A stretch of DNA of 63,990 nucleotides, filler included, from Lama guanicoe (GCA_013239625.1; 94 parts of 94 records of this genome joined end to end with filler, not necessarily neighbours in it), one strand, 5' to 3'. Shown: positions 1-12,547, numbered from the whole stretch's first letter. Notes: generated from the letters alone by a model not told the origin. A program made the numbers and translations.

Positions 1-599
1 TCTGTGGGGAAGCCTCCCATTCCGGGTGCAGCAGCTTGGCAGAGCTCCACGGAGTCGGGAAGCTTGAGCGTCCACTCAACAGCCGAGTGTCCATCAGCTA
101 CGGAGGCCTCCTCCCCGCTCAGCCGTGCTCCGGGGGCTGGGGTCCCCCAGACCTCCCGAGTCCCTCCCTGCAGCCACACCCTCCACCTACCACTGCAGCT
201 TCCAGCCTGGAGGCGAGGCTGGGTCAGAACGCACATCCCCGCAGCCCGCTCCTTCCCGAGCCCCCCCCCACGGTGCCTCACCTTGGTCCCGGGGTGTGGA
301 GGCCAAGTGGCATACGGACTCGGGGGCCACCACGCGCCTGTCCTCACTCGCTGTGTGGCACAGGAGCAGTGGGCGCTGTGTGGATAAATGAGGAAGCACA
401 CACACTCTGCCACACACACGGCCTGAAAAGTCACTTTGCTCATTTTCAAGGCAGGGATGAGAGTCAGACTTTCTGGTGTAAGAGCAGCCAACAGCAGTTG
501 ACTGAGAAGAGTTTAAATAATGCTGTTGGTCTGTTCCAGCCTTTGCCTAAACTTTTACTAAAAATTCAGAGCACAGAGTGTTCCAGAAGGCACTCTCTC

Positions 600-699
600 N
601 NNNNNNNNNNNNNNNNNNNNNNNNNNNNNNNNNNNNNNNNNNNTTAATTAATTAANNNNNNNNNNNNNNNNNNNNNNNNNNNNNNNNNNNNNNNNNNNN
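600..699. other. Artificial contig-joining spacer (first of 93 identical copies; last at 63316-63415)
   Basis: 44 N + TTAATTAATTAA + 44 N = exactly 100 bp, recurring between every fragment. The palindromic 12-mer gives TAA stops in all six frames. Confidence 0.99.
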
Positions 700-1936
700 A
701 CTCAGAAAAGAGTCCTAACATCTTATTCTGGCACCTATGTCTCCAATCCCATCTCCATGACCTTTCCCCTAATTCACCATGCTTCAACCAAATGACCATT
801 TCATTTCCTTTGAAAGGCCTGAAGTCCATGTGCATGGAGTTCTCCTCTAATGTTTAGTGTGATGACTCACAGATTTACCTTCAGTTTTCAGTTCAAGTAT
901 CTATTCCCCACAGGCTGCTTCTAAACTTCTTCCAGTTCTGTCACCCTCTCTTCTATCAACCTAGTATTTCATTCATTTATTACAGTAAAATAGATCTATT
1001 AAATTTTTCTGTATTCTACCACTAAAATACAGCATCAATTATATCTTTCTACCTTTACTCCAGTTCCTAGAGTAGAAAATGTTAAATAAAGTGAATGAAC
1101 GAAATATTACAAATCTCATTACCACTTTTACTTAAGTGGAGAAAGCTATCTTGATATTTGTTCATTCTTAAATTTCCATTTTTTGTTTTCATGTAGGCAG
1201 CTACTTTGGTTTGACATCTTTTTTGTTTAGGTCCAAATGTACTGTGAATTAATTCCTATCCAGTGTCNNNNNNNNNNNNNNNNNNNNNNNNNNNNNNNNN
1301 NNNNNNNNNNNTTAATTAATTAANNNNNNNNNNNNNNNNNNNNNNNNNNNNNNNNNNNNNNNNNNNNACTCAGAAAAGAGTCCTAACATCTTATTCTGGC
1401 ACCTATGTCTCCAATCTCATCTCCATGACCTTTCCCCTAGTTCACCATGCTTCAACCAAATGACCATTTCATTTCCTTTGAAAGCCCTGAAGTCCATGTG
1501 CATGGAGTTCTCCTCTAATGTTTAGTGTGATGACTCACAGATTTACCTTCAGTTTTCAGTTCAAGTATCTATTCCCCACAGGCTGCTTCTAAACTTCTTC
1601 CAGTTCTGTCACCCTCTCTTCTATCAACCTAGTATTTCATTCATTTATTACAGTAAAATAGATCTATTAAATTTTTCTGTATTCTACCACTAAAATACAG
1701 CATCAATTATATCTTTCTACCTTTACTCCAGTTCCTAGAGTAGAAAATGTTAAATAAAGTGAATGAATGAAATATTACAAATCTCATTACCACTTTTACT
1801 TAAGTGGAGAAGGCTATCTTGATATTTGTTCATTCTTAAATTTCCATTTTTTGTTTTCACGTAGGCAGCTACTTTGGTTTGACATCTTTTTTTGTTTAGG
1901 TCCAAATGTACTGTGAATTAATTCCTATCCAGTGTC
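700..1936 (+). repeat. Two near-identical contigs (700-1267 and 1368-1936), probable allelic haplotigs
   Basis: Same first and last bases (ACTCAGAAAAG...CCAGTGTC). By eye, 6 substitutions and one T6/T7 indel over 568/569 bp. Confidence 0.93.
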
Positions 1937-2779
1937 NNNNNNNNNNNNNNNNNNNNNNNNNNNNNNNNNNNNNNNNNNNNTTAATTAATTAANNNNNNNN
2001 NNNNNNNNNNNNNNNNNNNNNNNNNNNNNNNNNNNNTCTGGTAAAAGCATGCAAACATAGCTTGTGTTTTTTTGCCATGTGCTTACTCCAAGATGTTGAG
2101 CAAAAGCAAGGACTTGTAAGGGTGATCCTATGGTTGGGAGCATAAAGTTCCAGTCTGTCAAGAAGACAAACAGGTAGAACATTAAATAATAATATCAAAC
2201 ATAAAAATAGTTCAATGGGACAATGCAATTCATTGCATGTTGCAACATATGAATAATCAGTAACCACGGCCTGACCATCAATTATTACACAACAAAAAAT
2301 AGAGAAAAAAAATGACTCTGGGCTGAGAAAGCTTTGGTGTGAAGGAGGTATGGCCAGAAAGTAGAGTGTGAATTGTACTTAAGCTATATATTAAGAATAT
2401 TAGGGAATGAATGTTTATTAATCAATAACTAATTTTATCTAGCATTGATGAGTTATATCTCTTTTGTTGGTAGACATACTGCAGTTGCTAAGATAAGTAA
2501 TTAAGGCTAGCNNNNNNNNNNNNNNNNNNNNNNNNNNNNNNNNNNNNNNNNNNNNTTAATTAATTAANNNNNNNNNNNNNNNNNNNNNNNNNNNNNNNNN
2601 NNNNNNNNNNNCCCATCGTGATCCTCCCACTTTGGAGAGACCCTCAGGGACCAGGCCTGAATGTCCAGGCCCCTTATGGATGGGCCTCTTTTCCTGGCCT
2701 GGTGCCCTTGGAGACGGTGTCCAGCCAACTCTTTGGATTTGGGGGCTGGTTGGAGTCTCTTTTTGGTAATTAGTTTGAG

Positions 2780-2905
2780 TTTATCTGTTCATCCCTCTGT
2801 CTGCTTGTCCATCTCTCTGTTCTTACATCCTTCCACCCACTCATCCATCTGTCTATCTCTCCATCCTTCCATCCATCCAGTCTCTCCATCCTTCCATCCA
2901 TCCAG
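2780..2905 (+). repeat. Degenerate (TCCA)n/(TCTG)n low-complexity repeat
   Basis: Runs such as CCATCCTTCCATCCATCCAGTC, leading into an L2-tail-like segment (TATTTATTGA...CCAGGCAC). Confidence 0.7.
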
Positions 2906-4231
2906 TCATCAGTATTTATTGATCCCCACAGGGTTCCAGGCACAGTGCCAGGCACCAGGGGCTCTAAAGTAGATGGGGCCTGTCTACATTGAAGAGATGA
3001 GCCCTTTCCTTGTCTGTGCAGAAGGGCCATCAGTCACCCTCGGGGGCTGTTGAGAGGCCTTATTTAGTGACCNNNNNNNNNNNNNNNNNNNNNNNNNNNN
3101 NNNNNNNNNNNNNNNNTTAATTAATTAANNNNNNNNNNNNNNNNNNNNNNNNNNNNNNNNNNNNNNNNNNNNCCTTAACAGAAGAGAAACAAGAAAAGAA
3201 AAGAAAAAAAAAATGGGTGAAGAAGTCTGGCCTAATGGAGAAAAGTTGGGAAAATTATTTTCTGAAAATCTCAGTGAGCCTTAGTGTCTTCCTACGAGAT
3301 GTTTTTATATTTCCAAAGTGCCTGTTCTTTTCCTTTAAAACATTCATCACACTTACAATTACTTGTTCAGCATCCGATTTCACCGCTGGATTTCAGTCCA
3401 CTCTTTTAAGAGGTCAGCCAGGGTGTCTGTCTTGTTCCCTGCTGAGCCTCCAGTATATAGAAAAAACTGCGTGCCTGGCACATAGTAAATTTTCTAAACA
3501 GATTTGGTGTGTTATTACTCAAAGATGCCATAGATTTTCTCTCTCTATCTCTCAGTGGTGCTGAAAAGTGCCCGACACACTACAAACACTTGACAAATGC
3601 TTGCTAAAGGAATGCTTCTCACAGAAATAGAAAGTGAATTCATTTATTGAGATGATAATAATGAAAACATTTTGAGTTCTTCCTATGTTATGGTGGCTGC
3701 TGTAGTAGAGAAAGCATAGACTTTCGGGGGTTACATGGTAACAGTCTCTTTCTTACTCACAAATGCTACAAAATGGCTGTCCCTGATGGGCAGGCTGCTG
3801 CTCCTTTTAGGGATCCAGGCTCCTTCCATCTTCCAGCCCCATCGTCTCCTACTCCTTTGCCTATAAACTGGGGAAGAAATTGAGAATGTGGCCCCACAGA
3901 CATGCAAATAGGTTAGGGAGCCACTTCCTAGGAAAAGCTCTCCCTTACAGAACCGAGAACATGAATTTTGGTGGACACTTACCCATCTCTTCCACACATT
4001 TTTTTTCTTTTTTACCATTTGAAATAGCGCAAGGAGGAGGCACTATTATCTCCATCTTATAGACAAGACGACTGAAGCTTAGACCTGTCCCCAAACAATA
4101 GGGTTCTAATTTGGGATTTAAACTTACATCTNNNNNNNNNNNNNNNNNNNNNNNNNNNNNNNNNNNNNNNNNNNNTTAATTAATTAANNNNNNNNNNNNN
4201 NNNNNNNNNNNNNNNNNNNNNNNNNNNNNNN

Positions 4232-4312
4232 TAGGACCTTGTTGTTTATCTATTTTATAGTGGATCATATGGTAACTCTATTTTTAGTTCTTTAAGGCAC
4301 CTCCATACTCTT
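4232..4312 (-). mobile_element. LINE-1 fragment (ORF2 end/3' UTR, internally deleted)
   Basis: GGATCATATGGTAACTCTATTTTTAG...CCTCCATACT is the antisense L1 ORF2 C-terminal region. It is joined to a 3' UTR-like piece, CCTTGTTGTTTATCTATTTTATA. Confidence 0.7.
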
Positions 4313-5378
4313 CTTACTGGCTGGGGCCCCTTAGCTTTTAAGAGTGGCTCGTCTTAACTCCTCTCGCCTTCCCTGACCTCAGGCTCACTGCCGTGGAAGT
4401 GAGGCTGTGTGTGTGCGTGTGCATGTGCTTTGGGAAATTTGCACTCCTTCTGTGACTGCCTTTCTGTTTATTCTGACCCATGAATTGCATGTGACTCATT
4501 CCTGTTCCTCGTCAAGTTTTTCAAACATCATCGAGCGTTTCCCACGGGCTAAGTGTGAGGCTTCCCTGCCTGTCTCAGGGAGTGTGGGCTCGAACCAGGA
4601 AGGCCGGGCAGGTCCCTGGTTCCCGGGGTTCCACAGGGCTGGGGACACAACTNNNNNNNNNNNNNNNNNNNNNNNNNNNNNNNNNNNNNNNNNNNNTTAA
4701 TTAATTAANNNNNNNNNNNNNNNNNNNNNNNNNNNNNNNNNNNNNNNNNNNNAATTCTGACAGTCTTTTGTTCTGTTGTTATATTTTAATTCCCTCTTTT
4801 ACTTAACATATTTATTTTACATCTTATATCTGTTAATTCAAATATCTGTAATCTTTGAGAGTTGGATTCTATAGTTTGTTACTTCCTCTAACTCTTGTTC
4901 ATGGTGGCCTATTTCCTGATGTGTTTAATAATGTGGGGGAGGTGAGGGGATGTGGGTTCCTGTTCAAATGGAACTCTATCTTTGGCAATTTTTTTTAGGT
5001 ATCTATTTAAAGTGCCTTTCTCTTAGAAGGATTTGCATTTGCTTCTGCCAGGGGACTAGCAGTACCATCAACACAGAACTGCTTAAACTGTTTCTGGCTT
5101 GGTCTTTTTGAGGGCCACAGAGATAGTATAAATTCAGAATCAAATCTGCATGAGTTAGGACTTGTGGTAAAGAATCTTTAGAGAAAATTTTTTCTTTACT
5201 TCCACTCTACTCCAAGTCAATACCAAGATAGGTGCTTACCAACACTCTCCCTGTGTGGTATGGCAATCTACTCTTTTCNNNNNNNNNNNNNNNNNNNNNN
5301 NNNNNNNNNNNNNNNNNNNNNNTTAATTAATTAANNNNNNNNNNNNNNNNNNNNNNNNNNNNNNNNNNNNNNNNNNNN

Positions 5379-5493
5379 CGAATGCACAAAATTAAATTTG
5401 TTTTTCTCCTGTTAATCTGTCTTATGTCGGTTTAGTTATTAGACCAGCCAAAGGACCTGGATGTGGAGAAGGGAAATTTTTTCCACCTGGACA
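5379..5493 (+). mobile_element. ERV1-type LTR 3' end
   Basis: ATTAAA poly(A) signal, then TTTCTCCTGTTAATCTGTCTTATGTC (typical ERV1 LTR R/U5), ending in ACA. Confidence 0.65.
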
Positions 5494-6700
5494 CCTCACT
5501 GAGTAGCAACAGTTAGATAGTGTTACCTCATCTGATTTCTTTTTTTCAATGTGGTAGAAATTATTCTATTTTTAGTTTTAAATGATTTTGAAAAATTAAA
5601 TTTAAAATAAGAAAGCTGAGATTTCTGAAAATTTAAAGTTGAAATGAATGTGGGCTAAGGAAGCCCAGCCCTCTGTAAGCAGAAAAGCAAAAATTCAAAC
5701 TCAAACCCTTGGATTCCATTCCTACTATTTTTATCCATTCCCCAGACCGAGAAAGATCTAGAGCCATTGCATTCATGGTCAACGCGATTTTGCAGGGACC
5801 AAAGAAGGAACGTCATTCCATGTACTCTCTGTGTCGAGACCACGGCAAGGACTGTCTTCCAGTGAGGCTGGAACTGTGCATGAGGAGGGAACATTCTCCG
5901 TTCCTTTTCACACAACTCTTGGGTTAATNNNNNNNNNNNNNNNNNNNNNNNNNNNNNNNNNNNNNNNNNNNNTTAATTAATTAANNNNNNNNNNNNNNNN
6001 NNNNNNNNNNNNNNNNNNNNNNNNNNNNCGCTGATGGTGATGAAGATGGCGGGTTTAACCCTGTGCATCCAAGAGAACGCTGACCTGGGGAAGAAGGTGG
6101 GAGACTGAAGAGCCTAGACCTGCTCTTCGCTGTTGCCCTTGGAAACGTGTCCCTTGCTCATGTTTCTCTAATTACCTCCCTGTAGACGACACCCCACACA
6201 TCATCTCCAGTCTCGTCTCTCTGAATGTCAGTCTTTGGGCTCTGAATATCTCGCCCACAGTTGTACCGGACTGATCCTCGTGGCCCACAGTCAACAAATC
6301 GGACTCCTCCCCGCCTTTATCCATTCCCTTCCAGATTCTCCAGTCTGTCCCTTGTCCCACCATCCTCTTCATGGATCAGATTCAAGATCTTACAGCATAC
6401 ACTTAGTCAAACGACTCCTTCCACGCTGGCTTCCTTTTAGCTCGCTCTTGTGATCCACCACGTGCTACTCCCTAAATGTTCTCAATGAAGAGGGTGTCAG
6501 ACTCTAGGTTGGGTGCCGTGAACACAAAGATACAAGGCAGTGTTCCTACCACTCAGAATCACAGAGTCCAGGCAGGAGTTTAATATGTCAACAGACAATT
6601 NNNNNNNNNNNNNNNNNNNNNNNNNNNNNNNNNNNNNNNNNNNNTTAATTAATTAANNNNNNNNNNNNNNNNNNNNNNNNNNNNNNNNNNNNNNNNNNNN

Positions 6701-7178
6701 ATCTATGCATCAACTCTAGAAAGAAGAAAAGGAAAAGCACAAACATGAGTTTAAACCACATCCTTTAAAAAAATAAAATAAAATCAAGTCAATGATGAAA
6801 TCAAAGAGATAATAAAATCATACCTGGAGAAAAATTACAATGAAAACACAGCTTCATAAAATGTATGGAATGCAGCAAAGGCAAATCTAAGAGGGACGTT
6901 TCAAACAATTCAGGCCTTCTACAAGGTAAAAGAAAAACCTCACAGAATAGACAAAGCTTACCACCCAAAATAACTATATATAAGAAGAAACAAAACCCAA
7001 AGTCAGTAGAACGAGAAATCATTAATCATTAGGCTGAAAATAAATAAGATAAAAATTAAAAAGTAAATTAAAATTCATAAAATCAACAGGTTTTTTAAAA
7101 AAATATTAACATATTGATAAGTATTTAGCCAAACTTATCAAGAAATAGAGAGTGGACCCAAACAAAATTAGAAATGAA
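6701..7178 (+). mobile_element. LINE-1 ORF2 fragment downstream of the endonuclease domain, decayed
   Basis: Reads DEIKEIIKSYLEKNYNENTAS*NVWNAAKANLRGTF, matching L1 ORF2 [31 protein letters not shown]; contains stops. Confidence 0.9.
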
Positions 7179-7278
7179 NNNNNNNNNNNNNNNNNNNNNN
7201 NNNNNNNNNNNNNNNNNNNNNNTTAATTAATTAANNNNNNNNNNNNNNNNNNNNNNNNNNNNNNNNNNNNNNNNNNNN

Positions 7279-7490
7279 CGATATTGAAGAAGTAAAACCA
7301 AGTCAGAGGACTGACTTTACTCCAACTGCAAGTCTTATGATAAAAGTTACAATAACTCAAAATTTTTTTTAAATTACAGTAACCAAGACAGTGTGGTATT
7401 GGCAAAAGAACAGACAGAGTAACAGAACGGAATAGGGAGCTTAGAAATAGACCTACACAGATATGCAGTCAACTGGAAAGGGAATGAGAA
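7279..7490 (+). mobile_element. LINE-1 ORF2 fragment
   Basis: ACAGTAACCAAGACAGTGTGGTATTGGCAAAAGAACAGACA encodes TVTKTVWYWQKNRQ (L1 ORF2 TVIKTVWYW motif), followed by SLEIDLHRY. Confidence 0.9.
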
Positions 7491-7968
7491 TCTTACCAAG
7501 TCCAAACTCGTTCTGCCACATGACAGGCCAGTAAATCAGAGATGAGGTGTTGGAGCAAGGAAGAGTGACTTTATTTGGAAAGCCGGCAGACCCAGAGGAT
7601 GGCAGACCGATGTCTTGGAGAATCATCCTCCTCAAGTCATAATTCAGGCTCCTTTTATACTAAGAAGGGGAGAGAGTATGGTTGGTTGCTGCAAACTTCT
7701 TGCTGTAGGAATTCTTTGGTCCAAGTTGGTCAGGTCATGGTGCCCCTGTAAAACCTCTAACACAAAAAATGCTATTTTCTACAAATGTCATCTTTATATA
7801 AGCGCAAAACTGTTAATATCCTTAAAAGTCAGAGCCCTGAGAAAGGCTCTCCTGTATATTTCGGGCCAAAGGCAATATTCTTTTACAAAAGTTTCAGAGC
7901 CAGCAAGACTAAGCTGAGTAAACAGGGCACAGGGTTAAAGCCAAAGGAACAGATCTAATATGGACTCA
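7491..7968 (-). mobile_element. ERV1-type LTR (antisense, 3' part) abutting or inserted in L1
   Basis: Abrupt switch from L1 at TCTTACCAAGTCCAAACTCG. Minus-strand AATAAA at 7570-7575 and TATAAAA near 7653-7659 give a U3-R-U5 layout on the minus strand. Confidence 0.75.
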
Positions 7969-8068
7969 NNNNNNNNNNNNNNNNNNNNNNNNNNNNNNNN
8001 NNNNNNNNNNNNTTAATTAATTAANNNNNNNNNNNNNNNNNNNNNNNNNNNNNNNNNNNNNNNNNNNN

Positions 8069-8137
8069 GTACCGGGGACTGAACTCAGGACCTCATGTAT
8101 GCTAAGCACTCCCTCTACACCTGCACTATACCCTCCC
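8069..8137 (-). mobile_element. tRNA-derived SINE, Vic-1-like (camelid)
   Basis: Minus strand reads GGGAGGGTATAGTGCAGGTGTAGAGGGAGTGCTTAGCATACATGAGGTCCTGAGTTCAGTCCCCGGTAC: tRNA-like head with degenerate A box and B box, matching the recalled Vic-1 head GGGGAGGGTATAGCTCAGTGGTAGAG...GAGGTCCTGGGTTCAATCCCCAGTAC. Confidence 0.8.
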
Positions 8138-10517
8138 TGCTGTAGTGTACATTTAAAAACTAATCCTATAACTAGAGAAAATAACTTAAAAAAAAGAAAA
8201 AAGAAAATCTAATGGCATTAAGGAAATCAATTAGTTACAATTAATAACCATAATTCAATTGAAGTCCTAGCAGAAATAGTTTGCTTTTTGAAACTCGGGT
8301 CACAAGGTTTTTCATCATCAGCAAAGCCCCTGTCCCCTGGATAAACAGGTCTATATATCAGAAATGAATCTGGAACTTTGCCAGTCTGCAAATCCAAAAA
8401 TCTGACCAATGGTAATGCTCTTCAAATAAGTACTGGAATCTCTTTGCTTAATAACCATACTTTGAAAAATTAAGGAGATGAATATATAGGTTTTTTTTAA
8501 TTTAGGCAATACCGAAAGTCACAAAATAAAACTATCTCCCTCACTCTCTTCCCCTCTCTCTCTTACACTATTAATTCCTGCCTCTCCCCACCCTGGCTTT
8601 ATNNNNNNNNNNNNNNNNNNNNNNNNNNNNNNNNNNNNNNNNNNNNTTAATTAATTAANNNNNNNNNNNNNNNNNNNNNNNNNNNNNNNNNNNNNNNNNN
8701 NNTGTGTGTTGGAAATCAAAATGCACTAGATGAAAACTCTATTTATTACGATTCATCCAAAAAGAACAAAGTGCGGCACAAAAAAAATCAATTAGTAAAA
8801 TGTTTGCACTTTATAGTTCACTAACACATCCAACTTTTGTGTATTGCTCATGGGATTTTTTATTTCATAAAATAAGAATAATTAGCTACCACTGAAACAC
8901 AACTGCAATGAATAGTAACACTCATTTATTTGTATGTTTTACTTGAGCATTGGAATGTATGTATGAAAATGTCCCTGCTTCCTTTCTGAAGACTGGACTA
9001 TCTGCACCACAAGGCCAGGCATAAACAACACTCTTAGTAGAAGAGAGAGTTATCAATACAGGAAGACACCCTGGTTGCTATCTATGCCAATGACTCTATC
9101 ATTTCATTGTATGTGTCTTTTGTCTTGTTTTTAGGGGTTTTTTTTTGTTTGTAAATTTGTGTTCTATATTAGTGTTGTAAATTGTAATATATTATAAATT
9201 AGCGTCCCAATACATCTTACAACCTGGGAAATCTTCAGCTTGGAGATCTCCAANNNNNNNNNNNNNNNNNNNNNNNNNNNNNNNNNNNNNNNNNNNNTTA
9301 ATTAATTAANNNNNNNNNNNNNNNNNNNNNNNNNNNNNNNNNNNNNNNNNNNNCAGATCCTCTTCTATCAAGATTAACATAACCTTATTCCTTGACGTAT
9401 CCCCTAATACCTCCTGGACCTTCAAGCAGCCCCCCAAGTGATTCCTGTTTATTCTCCCAAGTTTCCCATGAAGGGCAAGCTCACACACTGCCACTCACAA
9501 TCCTAGGACTCCCCACGAGTAACTGGTGTTGCTGTGCTATCACTTCCCACAAAGACAGAGCAGGAGAAGATCAGATGTGAAGGCTGTGATGGGAACTCAC
9601 AGTTGCCTTCTGGTACAGAGCTCTGCAAGTCACAAACAGTGAAAGAGCTATTTATATCATGCTTAAATAACAAAAAAGGAAGAGGAAAGGATGTGTCAGC
9701 AGGAGAGAAAAGGAGGGAAGCATCCCAAGACAGGTCAGACCCCAAAGTACTTCAGCCTTGTGATAAGGAAGATCTTCCCAGCCAAACGCTACAGCAACCC
9801 CTCAGAGATAAGGGCTTTGCAGGGCATCCCCTGCCCATACTGATCCTGGTGCAAAGCAGAGACTCAGCGATGGCTCACTGAAATCCAAGCAGTCTGCAGA
9901 GGTGGGACANNNNNNNNNNNNNNNNNNNNNNNNNNNNNNNNNNNNNNNNNNNNTTAATTAATTAANNNNNNNNNNNNNNNNNNNNNNNNNNNNNNNNNNN
10001 NNNNNNNNNTCAGTGACCCAGAAGCAATCCCAAGTGAAGGAGGTAAAAAGGAGTCAGCTGAGCCAGGAGGAGTCAGTATGGAGCAACGGCCCACAATTCT
10101 TATGCTATTCTAAGAAACACACAGTCAACGCTTGAGGTCCTCAGCACTCATGCAGTCCCTCGCTGATGGCTTCTGCAAGCAACACTCAAGGTGACTGGCT
10201 GAGAGGAAAGCCAATGTACTCTGCACAAGAGTTTGACTTTGAAAACAAAATGACATGCCAGATCCGAAACATAACACACAGCCTGCAAACGAGGCCAAAG
10301 AGGATGCTGCGAAAACAAAAAGAATACATATCCGAGAAAGACTTCCACCAAACAACACATCTCAATTTATCTGGGACTCCATGGTGGCCTCAGGTGGGCG
10401 GGAGCTACCAGGGGACAACAGAGCAGCACGAGGTTCTGCATTGGAAAAAAATTACAGAAAAGGATGGAGGATTAGGCTTTCCTGTGAAGACACTGCTGAA
10501 GCAAATCAAAACCTTTG

Positions 10518-10519
10518 CG

Positions 10520-10555
<36 letters not shown>
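10518..10555 (+). repeat. (GCCT)n microsatellite at contig end
   Basis: About 9 perfect GCCT units running into the gap. Confidence 0.95.
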
Positions 10556-10655
10556 NNNNNNNNNNNNNNNNNNNNNNNNNNNNNNNNNNNNNNNNNNNNT
10601 TAATTAATTAANNNNNNNNNNNNNNNNNNNNNNNNNNNNNNNNNNNNNNNNNNNN

Positions 10656-11200
10656 GGAAGGACCTGTTTGCAGGAAGTAGAATTCTTGGTTGACAGGGTA
10701 TTTTCTTTTCTTTTGTCATTTCAAATGCATACTCCTACTGCCCTATGTCCTCTGATGTTTCTAATGAGGAGTGCGTTGATAATGTGTCCAGCATCCCTTC
10801 TGCCTGATGAGTCATGTTTCTCTTGTTGCTTTCAAGGTGCTGACTTGTCTTGTTTGATCAGTTTGAATACAATGTATGTAAATATGGACATCTTTGTGTT
10901 GATTCTACCTGTAGTTCTTTGAGTTTCTCACATTTGTTAATTCATGTCCTTCATCCAATCTGGGGAGTCTTTGTTATTATTTCTGTTAATAATCTTCTGT
11001 CCCATTGTCTCTCTCTCATGGAACTCTGATGTGTGTATGAGTTCAAATGATGGTCCTACAAGTCCTTTTGTGTCTGTTCACATACTTTCCTTTTTCCTTC
11101 TTGTGCCTTAAGCTGCATACTTTCTATACCTTATTTGATAGTAATCATTATATTCATGTATCAATTGCCTGTTTTCCTCTAGTTCTTTGACAATTTTTTT
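10656..11200 (-). mobile_element. Old LINE-1 (ORF1 region, antisense)
   Basis: T-rich, with AGAATTCTTGGTTGACAG and TTTCTCTTGTTGCTTTCAAG, typical of antisense L1M ORF1. Confidence 0.75.
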
Positions 11201-11300
11201 NNNNNNNNNNNNNNNNNNNNNNNNNNNNNNNNNNNNNNNNNNNNTTAATTAATTAANNNNNNNNNNNNNNNNNNNNNNNNNNNNNNNNNNNNNNNNNNNN

Positions 11301-11640
11301 GTTCACAAGAGAAGTGTGGTCACAGCACAGTCTACTCTCCCTAAAATCGCGGAGACACAGAGACAAACACAAAGAATCACAACTTCCTGGATCAGAATTA
11401 AGCCACCATGGGAACCAGTGCCGGGAAGGAAAACCTGAATTATAATTTACAAATAGCTAAAGGCTAGTTGTGGACAAGTCTGACAGATAAAAACACCAGG
11501 AGGACCCAGTCACAAGGGGAGGCCCCATACTTTTGTGAGGTTTACCCCCAGGAGCTCAACCAGGTTCTTACCCTAAATATCAGAGAAAAAATTCCCCCTG
11601 TGCTTCCAACAGAGGGAGGAGTAAAGGAACCACTTTAAAA
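11301..11640 (+). mobile_element. Old L1M (L1MC/MD-like) 5' region
   Basis: TTTTGTGAGGTTTACCCCCAGGAGCTCAACCAGGTTCTTAC...AAATATCAGAGAAAAA resembles L1MC/MD 5'-end consensus. Confidence 0.55.
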
Positions 11641-11642
11641 CA

Positions 11643-11949
11643 CAAGCAAACTTTAGAGATATTGTGAGTTCAGTTCCAGACTACCATAATAAAGCAAACA
11701 CCACAGCAAAGTGAGTCACACCCATTCTGTAGCTTCCAAGTGGATATAAAAGTTATGTTTACACTATACTATAGTGAATTAAATGTGCAATAGCATTTTG
11801 TCTAAAAAATGTGTACACTTTAAAAATATTGCTAAAAAGGCTGACCATCATTCAAGCCTTCAGTGAGTCATAATCTCGGCTGGTGGAGGGTCTTGACTCA
11901 AGTGTCGATGGCTGCTGACTGATCAGGGTGGTGGTTTCTGAGGGTTAGA
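11643..11949 (-). mobile_element. Tigger1 DNA transposon 3' end (TcMar-Tigger)
   Basis: GAGATATTGTGAGTTCAGTTCCAGACTACCATAATAAAGC...ATAAAAGTTATGTTTACACTATACT...GATGGCTGCTGACTGATCAGGGTGGTGG matches the reverse complement of the Tigger1 3' end. Confidence 0.9.
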
Positions 11950-12430
11950 NNNNNNNNNNNNNNNNNNNNNNNNNNNNNNNNNNNNNNNNNNNNTTAATTA
12001 ATTAANNNNNNNNNNNNNNNNNNNNNNNNNNNNNNNNNNNNNNNNNNNNGGACTATTTACCATTATGATAAGGCTGTGTTTTCTTTTTTAAATGCCCAGA
12101 AGCATTTCTCCTGGATTGAATGTCTGTTCTCATTGCCCTGCATTCCAAATTCTGTGTGTTTACATTGTGACTAGTCACATACAGTTACATGATTTAATTT
12201 ATTGTATGTTTTCACATAATTATCAACCAGGAATATTTCCATTTTCATTAACCATAAGAAAAAGATACTTCAGATACAAAAGCTTTTATTAAAAAAAAAA
12301 AGGTTGTGGAAGTAATTAAGATGATATTTGGGTATACTAAAAAGAAGTTAGAATTTGGGGTGAATATGGTCATTTATGGCAATTTTTCCTATACCCACTA
12401 CTCATTTGAGAAACTTTCATTCTTAACATT

Positions 12431-12547
12431 TCTGGTAGGTAGAATAGTGGCCTTCCAAAAACGTCTGTGTTTTAATTCCCAGAACCTGGAAATACGCTAC
12501 AAAGAAGCATGAAGGTATCGAATGGGACCAAGGTTGATAATCATCTG
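12431..12547 (+). mobile_element. MaLR LTR 5' end (MLT1D/E-like)
   Basis: TGGTAGGTAGAATAGTGGCCTTCCAAAAAC...TAATTCCCAGAACCTG...AAGGTTGATAATCATCTG. Confidence 0.75.

Noticed and set aside
4..647. Overlapping 127- and 203-aa ORFs
   Set aside because: GC-rich chance ORFs with non-ATG starts, Pro/Ser-rich, no recognisable domain; one is closed only by the linker.
8069..8137. Possible tRNA gene
   Set aside because: The A box and arms are degenerate and it fits a tRNA-derived SINE head better.
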